Assembly (NCBI RefSeq): GCF_009914755.1
Contig: NC_060931.1
Length of the DNA stretch: 64,000 nt
Direction: 5' to 3' (one strand)
Origin: the human T2T-CHM13v2.0 reference genome, Homo sapiens
Under the pieces are notes generated by a model that was given only the letters and a program-made list of their open reading frames with translations, searched no databases and was not told the origin of the DNA. Positions 1-13,250 of the stretch are shown here, piece by piece. Positions within the stretch are counted from its first letter, which is position 1, and every line of letters starts with the position of its first letter. The position numbers and the translations under genes were made by a program.

Positions 1-240
1 TAATGGTCAGAGCACTCATTCTAAAGCCCAGTGGGCTGGTTCATATCCTGCCTCCATTGTGACTTCTTGAACAAGTTATTTATCCTCTCTGTGCCTCAAT
101 TTTCTCATCTGTAAAGTAGGGATAATCACATTACCTACATCATTGGGTTGTTGTGACAATTACATGAGTAAGTTATGTGAAGCACACAGAACAGTGCTTG
201 CCAAATAACACTGTATAACCAAATGTGCGCTATAATTATT
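1..240 (+). mobile_element. MIR SINE
   Basis: Core ctctgtgcctcaattttctcatctgtaaagtagggataat and tail gggttgttgtgacaattacatgag...agcacacagaacagtgcttg match the MIR consensus. Confidence 0.85.
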
Positions 241-359
241 TTGTTCTAAATAAATGTGTTCTAGAATGCTCTAAAAACTAAATGATCTAACATTTTAAAG
301 TTACAACTAATTTTGGAAGATAGAGGTTTTCAAGGATTGGTTAAAACTTGTACCACTGT

Positions 360-595
360 CATTTACGTGGATTTTACATTGTGCTGGAGACTACCATAAA
401 CATTTTATGGACATTTGTTCATTTAATTCTCACAGAAAATTTTGAGTTATATTTTATCACCATCATTTTATAGACAAGGAAACTGGATAAACAGAGGTTT
501 AGAAATCTGCCTAACTAGGTCACAGACAATGGAAGAAGAATGCCAGAATTCAAACCCAGGTCTTCCTGCCCCCAAGATTAATGTTCCTAACTATT
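360..595 (-). mobile_element. MIR SINE
   Basis: cattttatagacaaggaaactg...ggtcacag...gaattcaaacccaggtc is the reverse complement of the MIR core and B-box. Confidence 0.8.
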
Positions 596-1265
596 CTGGG
601 CAATTAAGATTTGTGATAGGTATACTACACTAGTCCTAGCTATAACTAAAATGTGTATTCTTCAAAATTTTGTCTGAATATTAGTAATTAGAGATCAATT
701 GATATTCATGCTTTGTTATTTCAGTAAAGAGGTCATCTATTATAATCACTGAATATGAGTCATGCCTATGAAAAATCTAGTTGTTTACACAATACTGCAT
801 AATCCTATCACCACTATTTCCAGGGCAACTTTTACCAAAAGGCAATGCCAGGAGAAAATAAACAGTCTCTCATGGCTTAGTTTCACAAGCTTAAACCTAT
901 AAAATCATGAGAGGATATAAAAAATCCAATGATAGAGTTGCTGCTGCAGGTGTGCAAGTTTGTTGTTGTTGCTCCTATATTCTGATGTAACATTTGAAGT
1001 ATAGTACAGACAATAAACTTGGTTCAGTGACTTGAATACTTAGGCAGTCTGACTCTAGTAAACTGAATGTCTATTGAGTGAGTGTTCAAGATGAAAAATA
1101 TTTGAGGGCCTGTTTCTTATTCTGGCAACTGATGAATGGGAAGCTCCACTCCCCATCCCCAAATATGTGTGGATTGATGGGGCTTCAGAATTAAGACATA
1201 GAGAAGGAAAAGTCGCCATATACTACTTTAAAGGGTTAACGAGCAGTCCGGGAAAAGATGCTCAC

Positions 1266-1336
1266 CTTAGATGTCAGCAGCACCTCTCAAGGATGTGCCG
1301 TGTATTCTAACGAAGATGTTCTTGGAAAACTCTTTA
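1266..1336 (-). other. Candidate 71-nt non-coding exon
   Basis: Minus strand: acceptor ttctttgctagttcttttcttag|TAAAG and donor AAG|gtgagc; stop codons in all three frames. Confidence 0.3.
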
Positions 1337-2204
1337 CTAAGAAAAGAACTAGCAAAGAATTGACAAAGCCTTGAAATTATCTTGTCCCTCCTACAAATCG
1401 CAAGCTCTTCATTAAAGGCATCAGAACACGTTCTAACAAGAAATTTTCAGCTTAGAGTGGTTGTTCTGCCATTCTGCCACTCTCCATGTTAAGGCCATTC
1501 CAGGGAGGGTAGATTCTATGATTAAGGCGATTAAGGTAATCAGCCAGGCTGACTCAAACACTCAATCTAGCTGCTGCCAGTGGACCTGCTGGTAATCACC
1601 AGAAGAGTATGCGTTGGAGGAGAATTTCTCTCTACAAGTACTCTTGTGTTTGTTAAAGTTGAAACTAAGTTGGACAAAGAACTGTGCTTGAAAGTTTCCA
1701 GCTCTATAAATTGTAACTTCCATAAAATGTATCCCTGACTAACAGTCCCCTGACCACATACCAGGGGTTATGCTTCTGGAGTCTGTACCCCTTTCTAATA
1801 AACTGCTCTGGACACAATGAACCCTGAATTAATTGTTGTAACAGGTTAATGGATAAGGTAACAAAAAAAACCTCCATCTTTAACTAATGAAGGTTACTTA
1901 AATCTTATTTTTCTATCACCAAGGCCACCATCTTGGTGATATGACTCAAGGGTCGATTAAAGCTACCACCCCTCGAATTTTTTTTTTTTTTGGTACCAAG
2001 TACTGTGCTATCCACTAGCCATATTGAAAAGGTCCCTCTTGCTCAAAATTGTTAGCTCTTCTACTCTGCTCTTTTCCTGTCTACCCAGACATTCCTACCT
2101 GTGGGAATCCTACAGGTTTCATTTTTAAATTTTAAAGCTGGAAAAAAACCTGGGAAATAATTTGATAATTTAGTTTAATTGCCTCACAATGTAGGTCCTT
2201 GTTT

Positions 2205-2400
2205 CCCAGTAGAAATGAGCCACATGTGGCTATTTACATTTAAATTGATTAAATTAATTAAATTTCAAATTCAGTTTTTCAGATGCACCAGCCACATTTC
2301 AGGTGCTCAATACTCACCTGCAGCTATTGTCTGCCATATTGGACAATACAGATATGCAACATTTCCATTATCAGAGAAAGTTCTATTGCATGGCAACTGA
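2205..2400 (-). mobile_element. MER3 (hAT-Charlie DNA transposon)
   Basis: agccacatgtggctattt...aaattaattaaa...gccacatttcaggtgctcaata...catttccattatcagagaaagttctattg. Confidence 0.8.
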
Positions 2401-4439
2401 CATAGACTAGTGAGGGTGCCACTGATGCTATCTAAGATGATTTACATGGACTTTTTAATAGCTATATATTACTTTAATATGTATTAGGTATTATGTAATT
2501 TACAGGTCAAAGTTCTTGTTTCATAGATATTATTGCTTAGGATAAGGATTGAAGTTTAAAATGAGAGTTGGTTCGAAGAAAAATCTGCCAGGACTACTAA
2601 GATATGACAAAATTGTGAAGGTGGCAGGTGAATGAATGAGGCTTGAGAAACTGGAGGTTTGATTTTTAAAATAAAAATGGGAAAGAATGAGTAGAGCTTC
2701 CAGAAGGCCACAAGTGTTATCCTGGAACATTTATCTCCTAACAAAGATTAAGAAAAAGTGATGAACACTTAGACAAAGAAGGGATTCAGGGGGGTTGGGG
2801 CAGAGGAATGCACACAGGGAGAGTAGCCTAAATAAGCTGTGCGGGCCAGGCAGCATGAGGGCAAGGAGTCAGAAAGGCCAAGTGCAGGCATGTCAGGCGC
2901 TGGGGAAAGCACACACAAAGAGAGACAGTGCACCTCTCCAGATGGGAAAGTCCAGAGTCTCAGGAAATCATCATATTTATTTACAGAGTTTGAGTAGTCG
3001 TATGTATAGTGAATTTCCAGCAGGAACACATTTCAAAAACTCTTGAAACTGTAATCTTCCTCTCTATTTTCACTGGCTGCAGTAGAAATTTTATTAGAGA
3101 AGATTTGGGTGGAAAAGTAGAAGCAGTCACAATAAAAGATAATTTAATCTTCTAAGTAAATTTTCAAGCCTACTGAACCTTGAGTTATTTCAATAAGATG
3201 TTCCCATCTTGCCAACACATGTTGGGAAGCTACAGGTGCTGATGGTGCTGCTCCAGTGATCTTTCAAGCAATCACAAGTGTTCATTACAAGGTCAGCATG
3301 GTGATAGGAGAGGCTGGAACTCATTCGTTTTATTTCATTTTCCAAATCTAACATCCCTGGTAGAATATTCAGTACTTTTTTAGCCAGATTCAAGAGTCCA
3401 AAGAGCCCAAGGATCAAACTGATAATGTATACCTAGAGGCAGAAACAGCATCTTCCTACAGCAGACAAGAGCCAAAGTGGCAGAGGGGGAGGCATCATCC
3501 TGCGGAAACAGACAAATGCCAGAAGCAAGGTAGTCCATGCAGAAGAGGCTGGCAAAGCTGTTTTGAGTTCTGAGAGGACTCCCTAGGAATTTTAGAAATA
3601 CTTGGGTGGATTATGGGAGGCGAGAAAGTGAAATGTGAGGTATAGCAGTTGTAAAGAAGGAGGTAGCTGGCCAGTAAAATCTGGTTATAAATGCTAATAT
3701 GACCTCACTTGTCACCAAAGACTATACATTCTTGAGTTGCTTAAGTTGCACTTGACATACGTATCTGCTGTTAATCTCACACAAACCCTATGCAAATATT
3801 ATTGCCTGGGAGATACTGTTGCTATTTCACACTGGAGAATCTGGATATTCAGAGGGAGTATTTTATTTGATTTGGTCCACCCCAAAGATCTTCCTCACAG
3901 ATCCAAGTGATTCTGAAGCCCATATCCTGTCCACTGTATTGCACTGCTACTTAAGAAGATGAGCTAGAACTTTCAGTTTCAGGAAGAATATGGAAGGTAA
4001 GTTAGCCAGCACAGTAGGTAAAAAACCTTGGGTGTTGGGCTTAGGGAGCACTCAGATTGCCTTTTACCTAGAATTGGTTCTGCTTTCTGTGTGCAAGCAC
4101 ATGAAGGCCCCTCTAGGTCTGAGGATTGGTATGAAAGGGCAAACATTCAAAGAACTGGAAGATCTTAATGCCTGCTTCTCCCCTCTGATACTTCCAGGAA
4201 ATCCTCATCCCTACAAAGGTACATAAACTGAGCTCCTTCAAAGTTGATAGTACCTATTTTAAAGGGACATCAAGCAAGTAGAAGGGCATTCTGTAATATA
4301 ATCAAAGGGCTTCCCAAAGTTCCAACTTATATCTGCCTAGAAATATTTCCAGACTTGGTTAAGGAAAGGTGTAACCTTCACACCAGAAGGAAACCATTCC
4401 TCTTGAGGTAACTTTCTCTTTAAAAAAATAAAATAAAGG

Positions 4440-4786
4440 ATTTTGGCTACAACCACCCATTTCCCTTCTCTAACATTCCCAGATCCCAGATCTCTTTGGG
4501 GAATTCCTTTCACCCACTATGGAAACAAAAGAGGGTCCTCCTGCCAAAACTTGCTCTCACCATCATACCATCATTCCTTGCAGCCAAAGAGTAGGCATGT
4601 GACCCAAGCTTGGCTATTGAACTTGAGTTGTTTAAGGATGAAAGAAATAGAGTCCATTCTTCCCAGCCACAGTGCCTGGAAAGGACTCTCGAGCAGTTCT
4701 AATCACTGGGATCTTTCAAAAACTACCTTGCACCTTTTCAATGAATTCCATTTTTCACTTATGTTGAAGTTTCTCCAATTTGTAAC
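4440..4786 (+). mobile_element. Old ERVL-type LTR remnant (LTR16/LTR33-like)
   Basis: ggcatgtgacccaagcttggctatt motif; heavily diverged, boundaries approximate. Confidence 0.4.
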
Positions 4787-5243
4787 TATAATAGGTTGAA
4801 TTATGACCTTCCCCTAAATTCTTATGTTGATATTGTAGACCTCAGAATGTGACTTATTTGAAAATAGGATTGTTGCAGATATTATAATTTAAGTTAAGAG
4901 GAAGTCATACTACAATAGAGTGAGCCTGTAATCCAATATGTCTGGGACCTTTATGATCAAAGGAATTTTGGGCACAGACACACACAGAACAGCATGTGAA
5001 AATGAAGGCAGAGATTGAAGTGATGCTCCTACGAGCCACCGAATGCCAAAGACTGCCAGCAAACCACTAGAGGCTAGGAGAGGGGCAGGGAACAGATTCT
5101 CCCTCACAGCCCGTAGATGGGAACCAACCCCGCTGACACCTTGATCTTGGACTTCTAGCCTCCAGAACTGTGATACAAATTTCTGTTGTTTAAAACATGC
5201 AGTTTGTGAAGCTTTGTTACAATAGCCCTAGCTAATTAACACA
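4787..5243 (+). mobile_element. MLT1C-type MaLR solo LTR
   Basis: gaaggcagagattgaagtgatg...gaacagattctccctcacagcc...gacaccttgatcttggacttctagcctccagaactgtga...taacaca. Confidence 0.85.
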
Positions 5244-5404
5244 GCAATCAAAACACCCAATCTGGGTTTTTTTTAAGGGTGGATACTCTTGGTGAGTTTA
5301 AGGGAGCAAATTCTCATAAAGTGATTGTGGTAAGAAAGGTCTGAGCAGCCTGAGGAGAGAAGGAAATCTGTAGAGAAAGTTCACAGGCTGGCTTCTCAAT
5401 ATAG

Positions 5405-5781
5405 AGTATTAGTCTGTTCTCATACTGCCATGAAGAAATACCCGAGACTGGGTAATTTATCAAGGAAAGAAGCTTAATTGACTCACAGTTCCACATGGCT
5501 GGGGAGGCCTCAGGAAAATTACAATCACGGTAGATGGCAAAGGAGAAGCAGGCACCTTCTTCACAGCATGGCAGGATGGAGTAGGTGCAACCAGGGGAAA
5601 TGCCAGATCCTTATAAAACCTTCAGATCTCGTGAGAACTCAGTCACTATCACGAGAACAGCATGGGGGAAATTGCCCCCATGATCCAATTACCTCCACCT
5701 GGCCCCACCCTTGACACATGGGGCTTATGGGGATTACAATTTGAGGTGAGACTTAGGTGGGAACACAGCTAATCCATATCA
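5405..5781 (-). mobile_element. THE1 MaLR solo LTR (THE1D-like)
   Basis: gtattagtctgttctcatactg...gagactgggtaattta...cagatctcgtgagaactca...ccatatca; full-length LTR in reverse orientation. Confidence 0.9.
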
Positions 5782-6189
5782 GTATATCTGAATACTTCAC
5801 AATTTTGCCTAAGCCTTCCTTGGGTTCACACACACACACAAAACTGATTAGACCAAGAAGATGATTTTTCAGGTAGCAGACCAAGAAAAGGCTGGGATAA
5901 ACAATATATAGTTTGGGCAGTTTGAGACTAGGAGAAAGTGTGTGATTCATGGTCATTAGAATAAACTCTGCTGTAAGCAGCAATTTTTTTTTTTTTGCCT
6001 CTGCTTGTTGTCTAAAAAATGATTGATTATATTCACTATTCTCTAGTTGATACCTTGATGTAATGTTAGCATCTGGTCTGAGTCAGAAGTTAATATGGTG
6101 TGGGCAGAGGGCCCAGTTTTGATCTCTTTAAGGTAACTAATTTGATCTTTTTAGTGCCCAAGGATTAAATGGTCTCTAATTAACTCTTA

Positions 6190-6800
6190 TTCTTTCAGCA
6201 AATATCTATTAAGTATGTACTCTGGGCCAGAAGAGTGCCGTGAGTAAGACAGGCAGGTTTTCACCCCTACACTGGAGGGAGCAGCAAATGTTACAGGAAC
6301 TAATGGTCAGGTGTATCGTGGGAAGCAACATTTAATCTGCTAAATAAAGGTCAAGTGAGAACTAGCAGGTCCAAAGCAGGCAGGAGGTAAAGGGGACAGT
6401 GTCTGAGGAAAGAGCATTCCCAGCAGAGTAGAAGATACTATGAAATCTTAGAAATCAAAGAGAACACTTTGGCAAGGCAGAAGCATTGAAAGAAGCTCAT
6501 TATGGTCAAGAGATGAAGCTAGAAAGACCAGGAAAACAGAATTAAAGAGTCTGAATTATCCTAAAGGTAACATGCAGAACTACCAAAGAGTTTTAATCTG
6601 GGAAGTGAGATGGCCAGATTCACTCTCCTTAAGATCATTCTAGCGGCCGTTTGGAGAATGGCTGGGGGAAAACCAGGCTAGACACACAGAAAGCAGTTAA
6701 AAATCTATTGGCATGGTAACAGAGATGAAGATAGATTAAGCTAGGATAGTGGCCATGTAAAAGGAGAGAATATCATATCTGGAAGAGGGGAAATGCCATG
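6190..6800 (-). mobile_element. L2 LINE fragment
   Basis: ttcagcaaatatctattaagtatgtactctgggccag (reverse of the L2 3' end); agcattcccagcagag; aagatcattctagcggccgtttggagaatgg. Confidence 0.7.
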
Positions 6801-8466
6801 TCTTCTGACTGGGGAGGCTGCCTTTCCTTACCAGTTGGGCCAAGACTACCATTCTTGCTTGTTTTCTGTGGTTCAGTGAAAATGTGTGGCAGGTCCAACA
6901 TGCCCCACTGCAGAAGAGCAGTGAGCCCCCAACAGATTTCCCAGACAGGGTCCATACCCTTGAGATTTGGATGAGAACCCTGTGAATTCTGGCAAATGCC
7001 CAACAGATTGCCCATGATCGGTAGATTGGCAATTCTGGCAGATTGCCCAACAGATTGCTTTCACTGCTTGTGACACAGCAGGTCTTGCAAGACTACAGCA
7101 CCTTATCTCATCTACTTATTCCAGACAACTCTGGGAACCAAGAAAATTTGGATTGGGAACAACTAGGGTGTGTGCCTCAGCCCCAGCCATCCCTTTACCT
7201 GGAAGGTTTGTCACCTGTCTCTTAAATTGCCTTTTCCTTTTCAGTAGTACAGGGGCATGTGGCAATCAACTGTCTAAGCAGATATCCAACTGGAAAACAA
7301 AATGTATGTGGCATGTAGCCATATTCCGTAACATGAACTCCCCAAAATGGAACTCTTTTTCTCTCCCCCAAAGTCCTATCCTATTGATTGGGAGGGAGAG
7401 GACTGTATTTGCAGGGCTTACTTTCTGCAGAAAGTTATTTGGTCCTAGCAACTGTTAGTTCACTGCATTTAGAATTCTAGATACCTAGCACTTTTCCACC
7501 ACAGATTTGGGACTTACAACTCAGAGAGAGAAAAAAATAAAATCCTGCTCCACTTCTTATTACAGTAACCTAAACATTTTTCTCCTCAAATTCTTTGGAG
7601 CACTTGAATATGGGAAAACAAAATTTTAGCAGAATATTTTTTAAATGGAAGAATGAGTTAACAATCTACATTTGAAAGCATTTGACTGAGCCATGTATTC
7701 TTAAGTATTGAAATGCTTATTGGTATGGACTTGGTAAGAAGGCACTGTTTTAGGTACTATATTTACAGATTCAGTGATTATTATAGGTACTATATTTATA
7801 GATTCTTTTAAAATACATATTTAGAGCTTTCTTGGTAAGATTGACAAAGCAGCAGCAAAATTAATTGAAAGAACTTTTTTAAAACAATTTCTAATGTCAT
7901 TTAGGGTACAATCAGGCAGAAAAAAAAATGTTTGGTTGCTGTTTCAACCCCCAAATCATCAATCTTAGTATTTTTTAATTGAGTTGCTTGTAAGACTAAG
8001 TCAGCCTGTAGAAAGACAAATTTTAAAGCAATCTTCTAGCTATTCCACACATGATGGCCTTAAATTCACTGAACTTTAAGTTCCAAAACTTTCCACCAGT
8101 CAAAGGTAGTTTTTCATTTGTGTGGACACTGAATTCTTAATACAATTAAGGCTGATGCTTCTGGCTGTCTTTCTGAGGTCACCATCCTTACGTGGCTGAT
8201 TAAATTCCACTCCTGAGAATGGATGCTGAACACATTTCCAGTGACAGCAATTACTTTAAACTCCTTAAAGCCTTCAAAATAGAGAATGTTTAATTTAGAG
8301 CTCTTAGTAAAAATAATTAGCAACTAAGACTCAAGGAAATTACATTTAAATCTCTCCTGTAGAATCCTTAACAACTTAAACACCAATTCAAATTTCCTAC
8401 ATGACAAAAGAGTAAATTGCTCATTGTGAAAAGTGTTTGTACCACCTTTTCCTCTACCTTTTTTTA

Positions 8467-8678
8467 ATATATATATATATACACATATATATACACATAT
8501 ACACATATATACATATATACACATATATACATATATACATATATACACATATATACATATATACACATATATACATATATACATATATACACATATATAC
8601 ATATATACACATATATACATATATACATATATACACATATATACATATATATACATATATACACATATATACATATAT
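8467..8678. repeat. Compound (TA)/(CA) microsatellite with a 44-bp higher-order unit
   Basis: Units A=acatatat and B=acacatatat arranged BABAA x3 at 8501-8632. Confidence 0.95.
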
Positions 8679-8931
8679 TATTATACTTTAAGTTCTAGGG
8701 TACATGTGCACAACATGCAGGTTTGTTACATATGTATACATGTGCCATGTTGGTGTGCTGCACCCATTAACTCATTTACATTAGGTATATCTCCTAATGC
8801 TATCCCTCCCACCTCCCCCCACCCCACAACAGGCCCCAGTGTGTTATGTTCCCCTTCCTGTGCCCAAGTGTTCTCATTGTTCAATTCCCACATATGAGTG
8901 AGAACATGTGGTGTTTGGTTTTTTGTCCTTG
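8678..8931 (-). mobile_element. L1PA 3' end (L1PA4/5-like), 5'-truncated
   Basis: ttattatactttaagttctagggtacatgtgcacaac...gagaacatgtggtgtttggtt; TSD ttcctctaccttttt at 8449-8463 and 8933-8947. Confidence 0.92.
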
Positions 8932-10259
8932 CTTCCTCTACCTTTTTCATGTAACCCTAACATAACTCTAACAGAGGCACAAGGCTTAGGGTAGTTAGGA
9001 TCCTGTAGTTACAGGATTGCTGAAGTGATGAAGGATCACAGCTGCTGGGGCATTTCCTTTGGCAGTTTGCCAGATGCCTCCTCTTCTATTTCAGCCTAAG
9101 ATGAGAGTACCATCCCTATCACAGATCCAAGGATTTTAAAATACCCTTTCTAATTACAGAAAAAACATCTAGACACCTTCTGTGTCCAAGCAACTGCTTC
9201 ATTAACTGAAATGTAAGAGGTGACTCTGGGAGCTGCTCTCATGGAGTGGTGCAGTGCTTGCTTGTCTTTGCTTTTGCACCATATCCCTCTCCACACCCTT
9301 TCTCCCTTTTCAGGATCCATATTTCCAAGCACACGGTACCCTATGTATCTTTCTAAATGGCAAGGACCCCACTAAGGCAGTGCTTTCCTCTTTCTAACGC
9401 CTTCCTACCTCACCTTCTGACCAAAACACACCTTTCCTATTTCCCATAATCATTCAAGAAGCATGCTAATCTGACCCGCTTATTTTAAAATCCATTTCTG
9501 CCAAGACTTTAATGAACAATAATGGTGTATCTTTCTCAGAAAACTTTGGCTTTCAAATTTTCGGCCTTCATTACCTTAATCCAAAAACAGTGACAACCTG
9601 GCAAAGACAGAGGAAGAGATATCGTGAGACTGAGGAGCCCTTTGGCTCCTCCTCAATTCATATATTTCAGTCGAACTTAGTTTTATGACTGACTTCACCT
9701 ACACACTTCATAAAATTACAAAACCTGACAGCTGGAAAGGATTTAGAGATAAGTCAACATTTCCATTTTAAAGATAAAGGAACTGCAACACTGAAGAGTT
9801 CAGAAAACAGTCATACCATTAGTAAATAGAGAGAGAAGCCAGGACTCCTGGCTCTAATAACTCTTATTCTCTTACCTCACCAACTCCCTGTTAATGAACT
9901 TGTCAAAAAAACATATGTGTACTATTAATTTTTTGTATCTGTGATTCCTAATTGGCTGGAATGAGATGAGGTTGGAGGGAGCATATATAAGCATCTCCAA
10001 ATAACACATTCGATTTAAAGAAGCATAATTAATATCAAAATATATTTCAAATTGGGGAAATGAAAACCCCATTGTTTTGATAACAAAAACCACAAGTAGT
10101 AAATTGCAACAAAACACCGGCAGATAACAATTCCTTCCTATGCATATCAGTAATTCTCAAAGAGGGCAGACATTGGAGACTGGAGACATATTCAAACCTC
10201 CACAGGAAGAAGGCTCTTAGCTTCATCTGAAATATATAAAACATCTTGGCCATTTAACT

Positions 10260-12966
10260 TTTTAAATTTTTGGTTGCAATTATAACATTTCAAACAAATA
10301 GAAAAATACAGAAATAATACAGCCCTTACATATCCACCATATTCAAAACCTACTATGTCATTGTTTTATCACATTTGCTTAATATGCCTCTTTGTTGTTT
10401 TAATTTTTAAAAGAAACAAAAAGTACAGGCACAGGTAAAGCTCCACCAGAAACATACTTTCCTTCCCCTCTTTGAGTGACAAGCACCCTGATCGAGTATG
10501 AATTATCTGTGCCTTTTAAGCTATTCTATTTTATCACTTATGCATGTGTCCATAAACAATGTATGTTATTGGTCGCTGCGTTTTTACATTTTATACAAAT
10601 CATACAATTATTGCATGTATCTTTTTACAACTTGCTTTTTTCATTAAACATACTCTGTGAGATTTATTCATACTGATATATGTAGATTTAGTGAATTCAT
10701 TTTAACTGCTGTACAACACTCATTGTATAAATAAACCCAGCTTATCACTCCAGTTCCCTACCAAGAAGCAGTTAATATTGTCTTCACTTTTTTTACTTTT
10801 GTAAACAGTGCTGCAGTGAAAATCCCGGTGGATGACCCCTTGTGCACATGTGTGAGAGTTTTTCTAAGAAGTGTAACTAGAAATAGAATTTTAGAACTTC
10901 AGGATGCATGCATTTCCATCATTACTAATTGATGAAATATTGTTTTCCAAAGTGGTTGTACCAATTTATCCTCTGCTAGCATTACCTGTGTTCTGTTTAC
11001 TTACATTTTTACCATTATTTGGTGATAACAGACTTATTGTCTTTCTTATCTCTTGGGATGAAATAGTATTTTGTATTATTCTAATATATATTCTCTATGT
11101 ATCAGTGCAGTTGAATATCTTTTCATATATTTATGAAATCTTCTAGTTTCCCCTTCTGTGAATTGCTTTTTCATATCCTTTTCTCACTTTTAAATGGGTT
11201 GTTTTCTGTTCCTTACTGATATATGAAAGCTTTTATGTATTCTGAATACCATTCTTTTGCCAGTTATATAGATAGAAAATATCTTCTTTCTGTGTAGATT
11301 GCTTTTTTGCTCCATTTATGGAATATTTTGTCATTCACAGGTTTTTTATTTAATGAAGCCAAATTTAACACTATTTCTTTAATAGTTGTCTGTTGTTTAA
11401 GAAATATCTCTTACCTGAAGTCATAAAATATTGTTCTTTATCTTTTCTTGAAAATGTTAAAGGTTTACTTTTTACATTTATTGTTTAATCTAGCTGCAGT
11501 TTATTTTCGTGTATGGTATGAAAGAGAAATCTAGCATTCTTTTTTCTGTGGATAGCCGGTTGTTGTAGCACTGCTTACTGATGAGTGGATTTATAAGGCC
11601 TCTCTACACAAAGTTCTCATAGGGAGATGAGTCTGTTCCTAGGCTCCAGATTCTTCTCCATTGATCTATTTCTGTCTCCATATCAATAACACCATCTCAT
11701 TTAATATGACTGTAAAGTAAGTTTTACTCAGAGTGGGGTGAATCTCTTCTTTTTCTTCTCCTTCTCCTCCTACACCTCATTTTCTATTTCTTTCTATAAA
11801 AATATTTTAAACCATTCTCAACCATCTTTACTTTTGTATAACACTTTGCATTTTCTTATGAAGTCTGTAAAGCTAAATTTACTTTATAAATTAATTGGAG
11901 AATTGTCACCCTCCAATACTAAGTAAATGTTAGTACATTTACTAAATTTTAGGGAGGGTGTAAAGATATAGTAATGATTTCGTATGTTGCTCTTGCATCC
12001 AGGAATTTAGCTTAACTATTGCTGGTATGAACAGTTTATAAATTTTCTTATTAATACATTTTTCCATGTAGACAATTATATCATCAATAATAATGATTAT
12101 TTTATTTTTTCCTTTCTGATCTTTTCACATTAAAATTTTTTAATTAACTAATTTGTCTTATTCCACTTACTAAAATCTCCAGTACAATATTTAAATGAAA
12201 TGGTAATTGCAGGCATCATTTACAAGAGACTTAGATGAAGCGTCTAATGTTTCTCTACTAGGTATAATATTTATGAGAGTTTTGGGTTGATATTCTATAT
12301 CAGGTTAACGAAGTTTTCTCATTTTTCAATTTTATTATAAATTTACAGATTTCTTTGTTTTTTACCCTGAGTGAGTACTAAACTTTATCAAGTAATTTTT
12401 CTGAATCTGTTGAGATAATTGATTTGCATCTTCAATCTGTTTATATGGTAAACAAAATTAATAAATGTTGGTCTAATGTTTAATCATTTTGGCATTTCGA
12501 AAATGAACCCCATTTGGTCATGCTATATATTTTAATAAATTGTTGGCCTTGTTTTGTTAATATTTTATTTATGATTGATTTTGCATCATTTTCATAAATG
12601 AAATCAGCTAGCAGTTTTCCTCTGTGATACTACAGTTCTGACAAATTGTTCCTTTGTGGTACTAGAGCTCTGAAAACCTCGGTTTCACATTTTTATCAAC
12701 CTCATAGAACAAGTTGTGGAGGATTTCTTTTTTTCTATTATCTAGATGAGTTTATATTAAAAAGAAATTACATATTTCTCAAATTTGTAGCACTTGCTCG
12801 TTTAGCCCTTGGAGTCTGATAAATTTCATCTGGATTTACTTTTAACTGCTGAATAAATTTCTTTAACAATTACAAAGTTCCTTAGTCATTTTGGCAAATT
12901 TGGCAATTTTTCTATAATTTTATTTTTTTAACTAAAGCTTTCATGTTTATCACCAAGGTAGCTTCT

Positions 12967-13016
<50 letters not shown>

Positions 13017-13250
13017 GGCAATTGTCTTTTTTTATTCCTAATATAATTTATCTATGTCTAATTTCTTTCTTTTTTCATTAGTCTTACTCAAATTGTTCCT
13101 ATTTTATCTTTCCAAAAAATCAATGTTTGGCTTTATTGACACTCAATATTGTTTCCTTTTTTTCTATTTCTATTTCTTTAACTTTTATTCATTTCCTTTA
13201 TATTCTCTTCTTTTTACTTTCTTTGGACAAACTGCATATTAATTTCTAGG
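10260..13250 (-). mobile_element. Ancient L1M (L1ME/L1MC-like) 3' UTR and ORF2 remnant
   Basis: T-rich, with reverse-L1 phrases ttccaaagtggttgtaccaattta, gttgaatatcttttcatatattta, tccagtacaatatttaaatgaaatggt, accccatttggtcatg; no open frame. Confidence 0.8.
12969..13016. repeat. (CA)n microsatellite
   Basis: About 24 units with one interruption. Confidence 0.95.

Noticed and set aside
1-595. Inverted MIR pair as a structured RNA
   Set aside because: Copies are highly diverged; such pairs are common in MIR-rich DNA and stable pairing is unlikely
5690-5715. PRDM9 hotspot motif in the THE1 LTR
   Set aside because: Reads cctccacctggccccac, not the CCTCCCTnnCCAC core found in THE1A/B
6928-7058. 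CRISPR-like repeat-spacer array
   Set aside because: Only two to three degenerate copies, irregular spacing, primate context and no cas genes
8324-8950. Overlapping ORFs rich in Y/I/H/T or M/Y/I/C/V
   Set aside because: Translation of the stop-free (TA)/(CA) microsatellite and the L1 3' UTR
9872-10230. Minus-strand exon bounded by ttttatatatttcag and GAG|gtaaga
   Set aside because: About 350 nt with no continuous frame and no other support; consistent with chance splice-like sites
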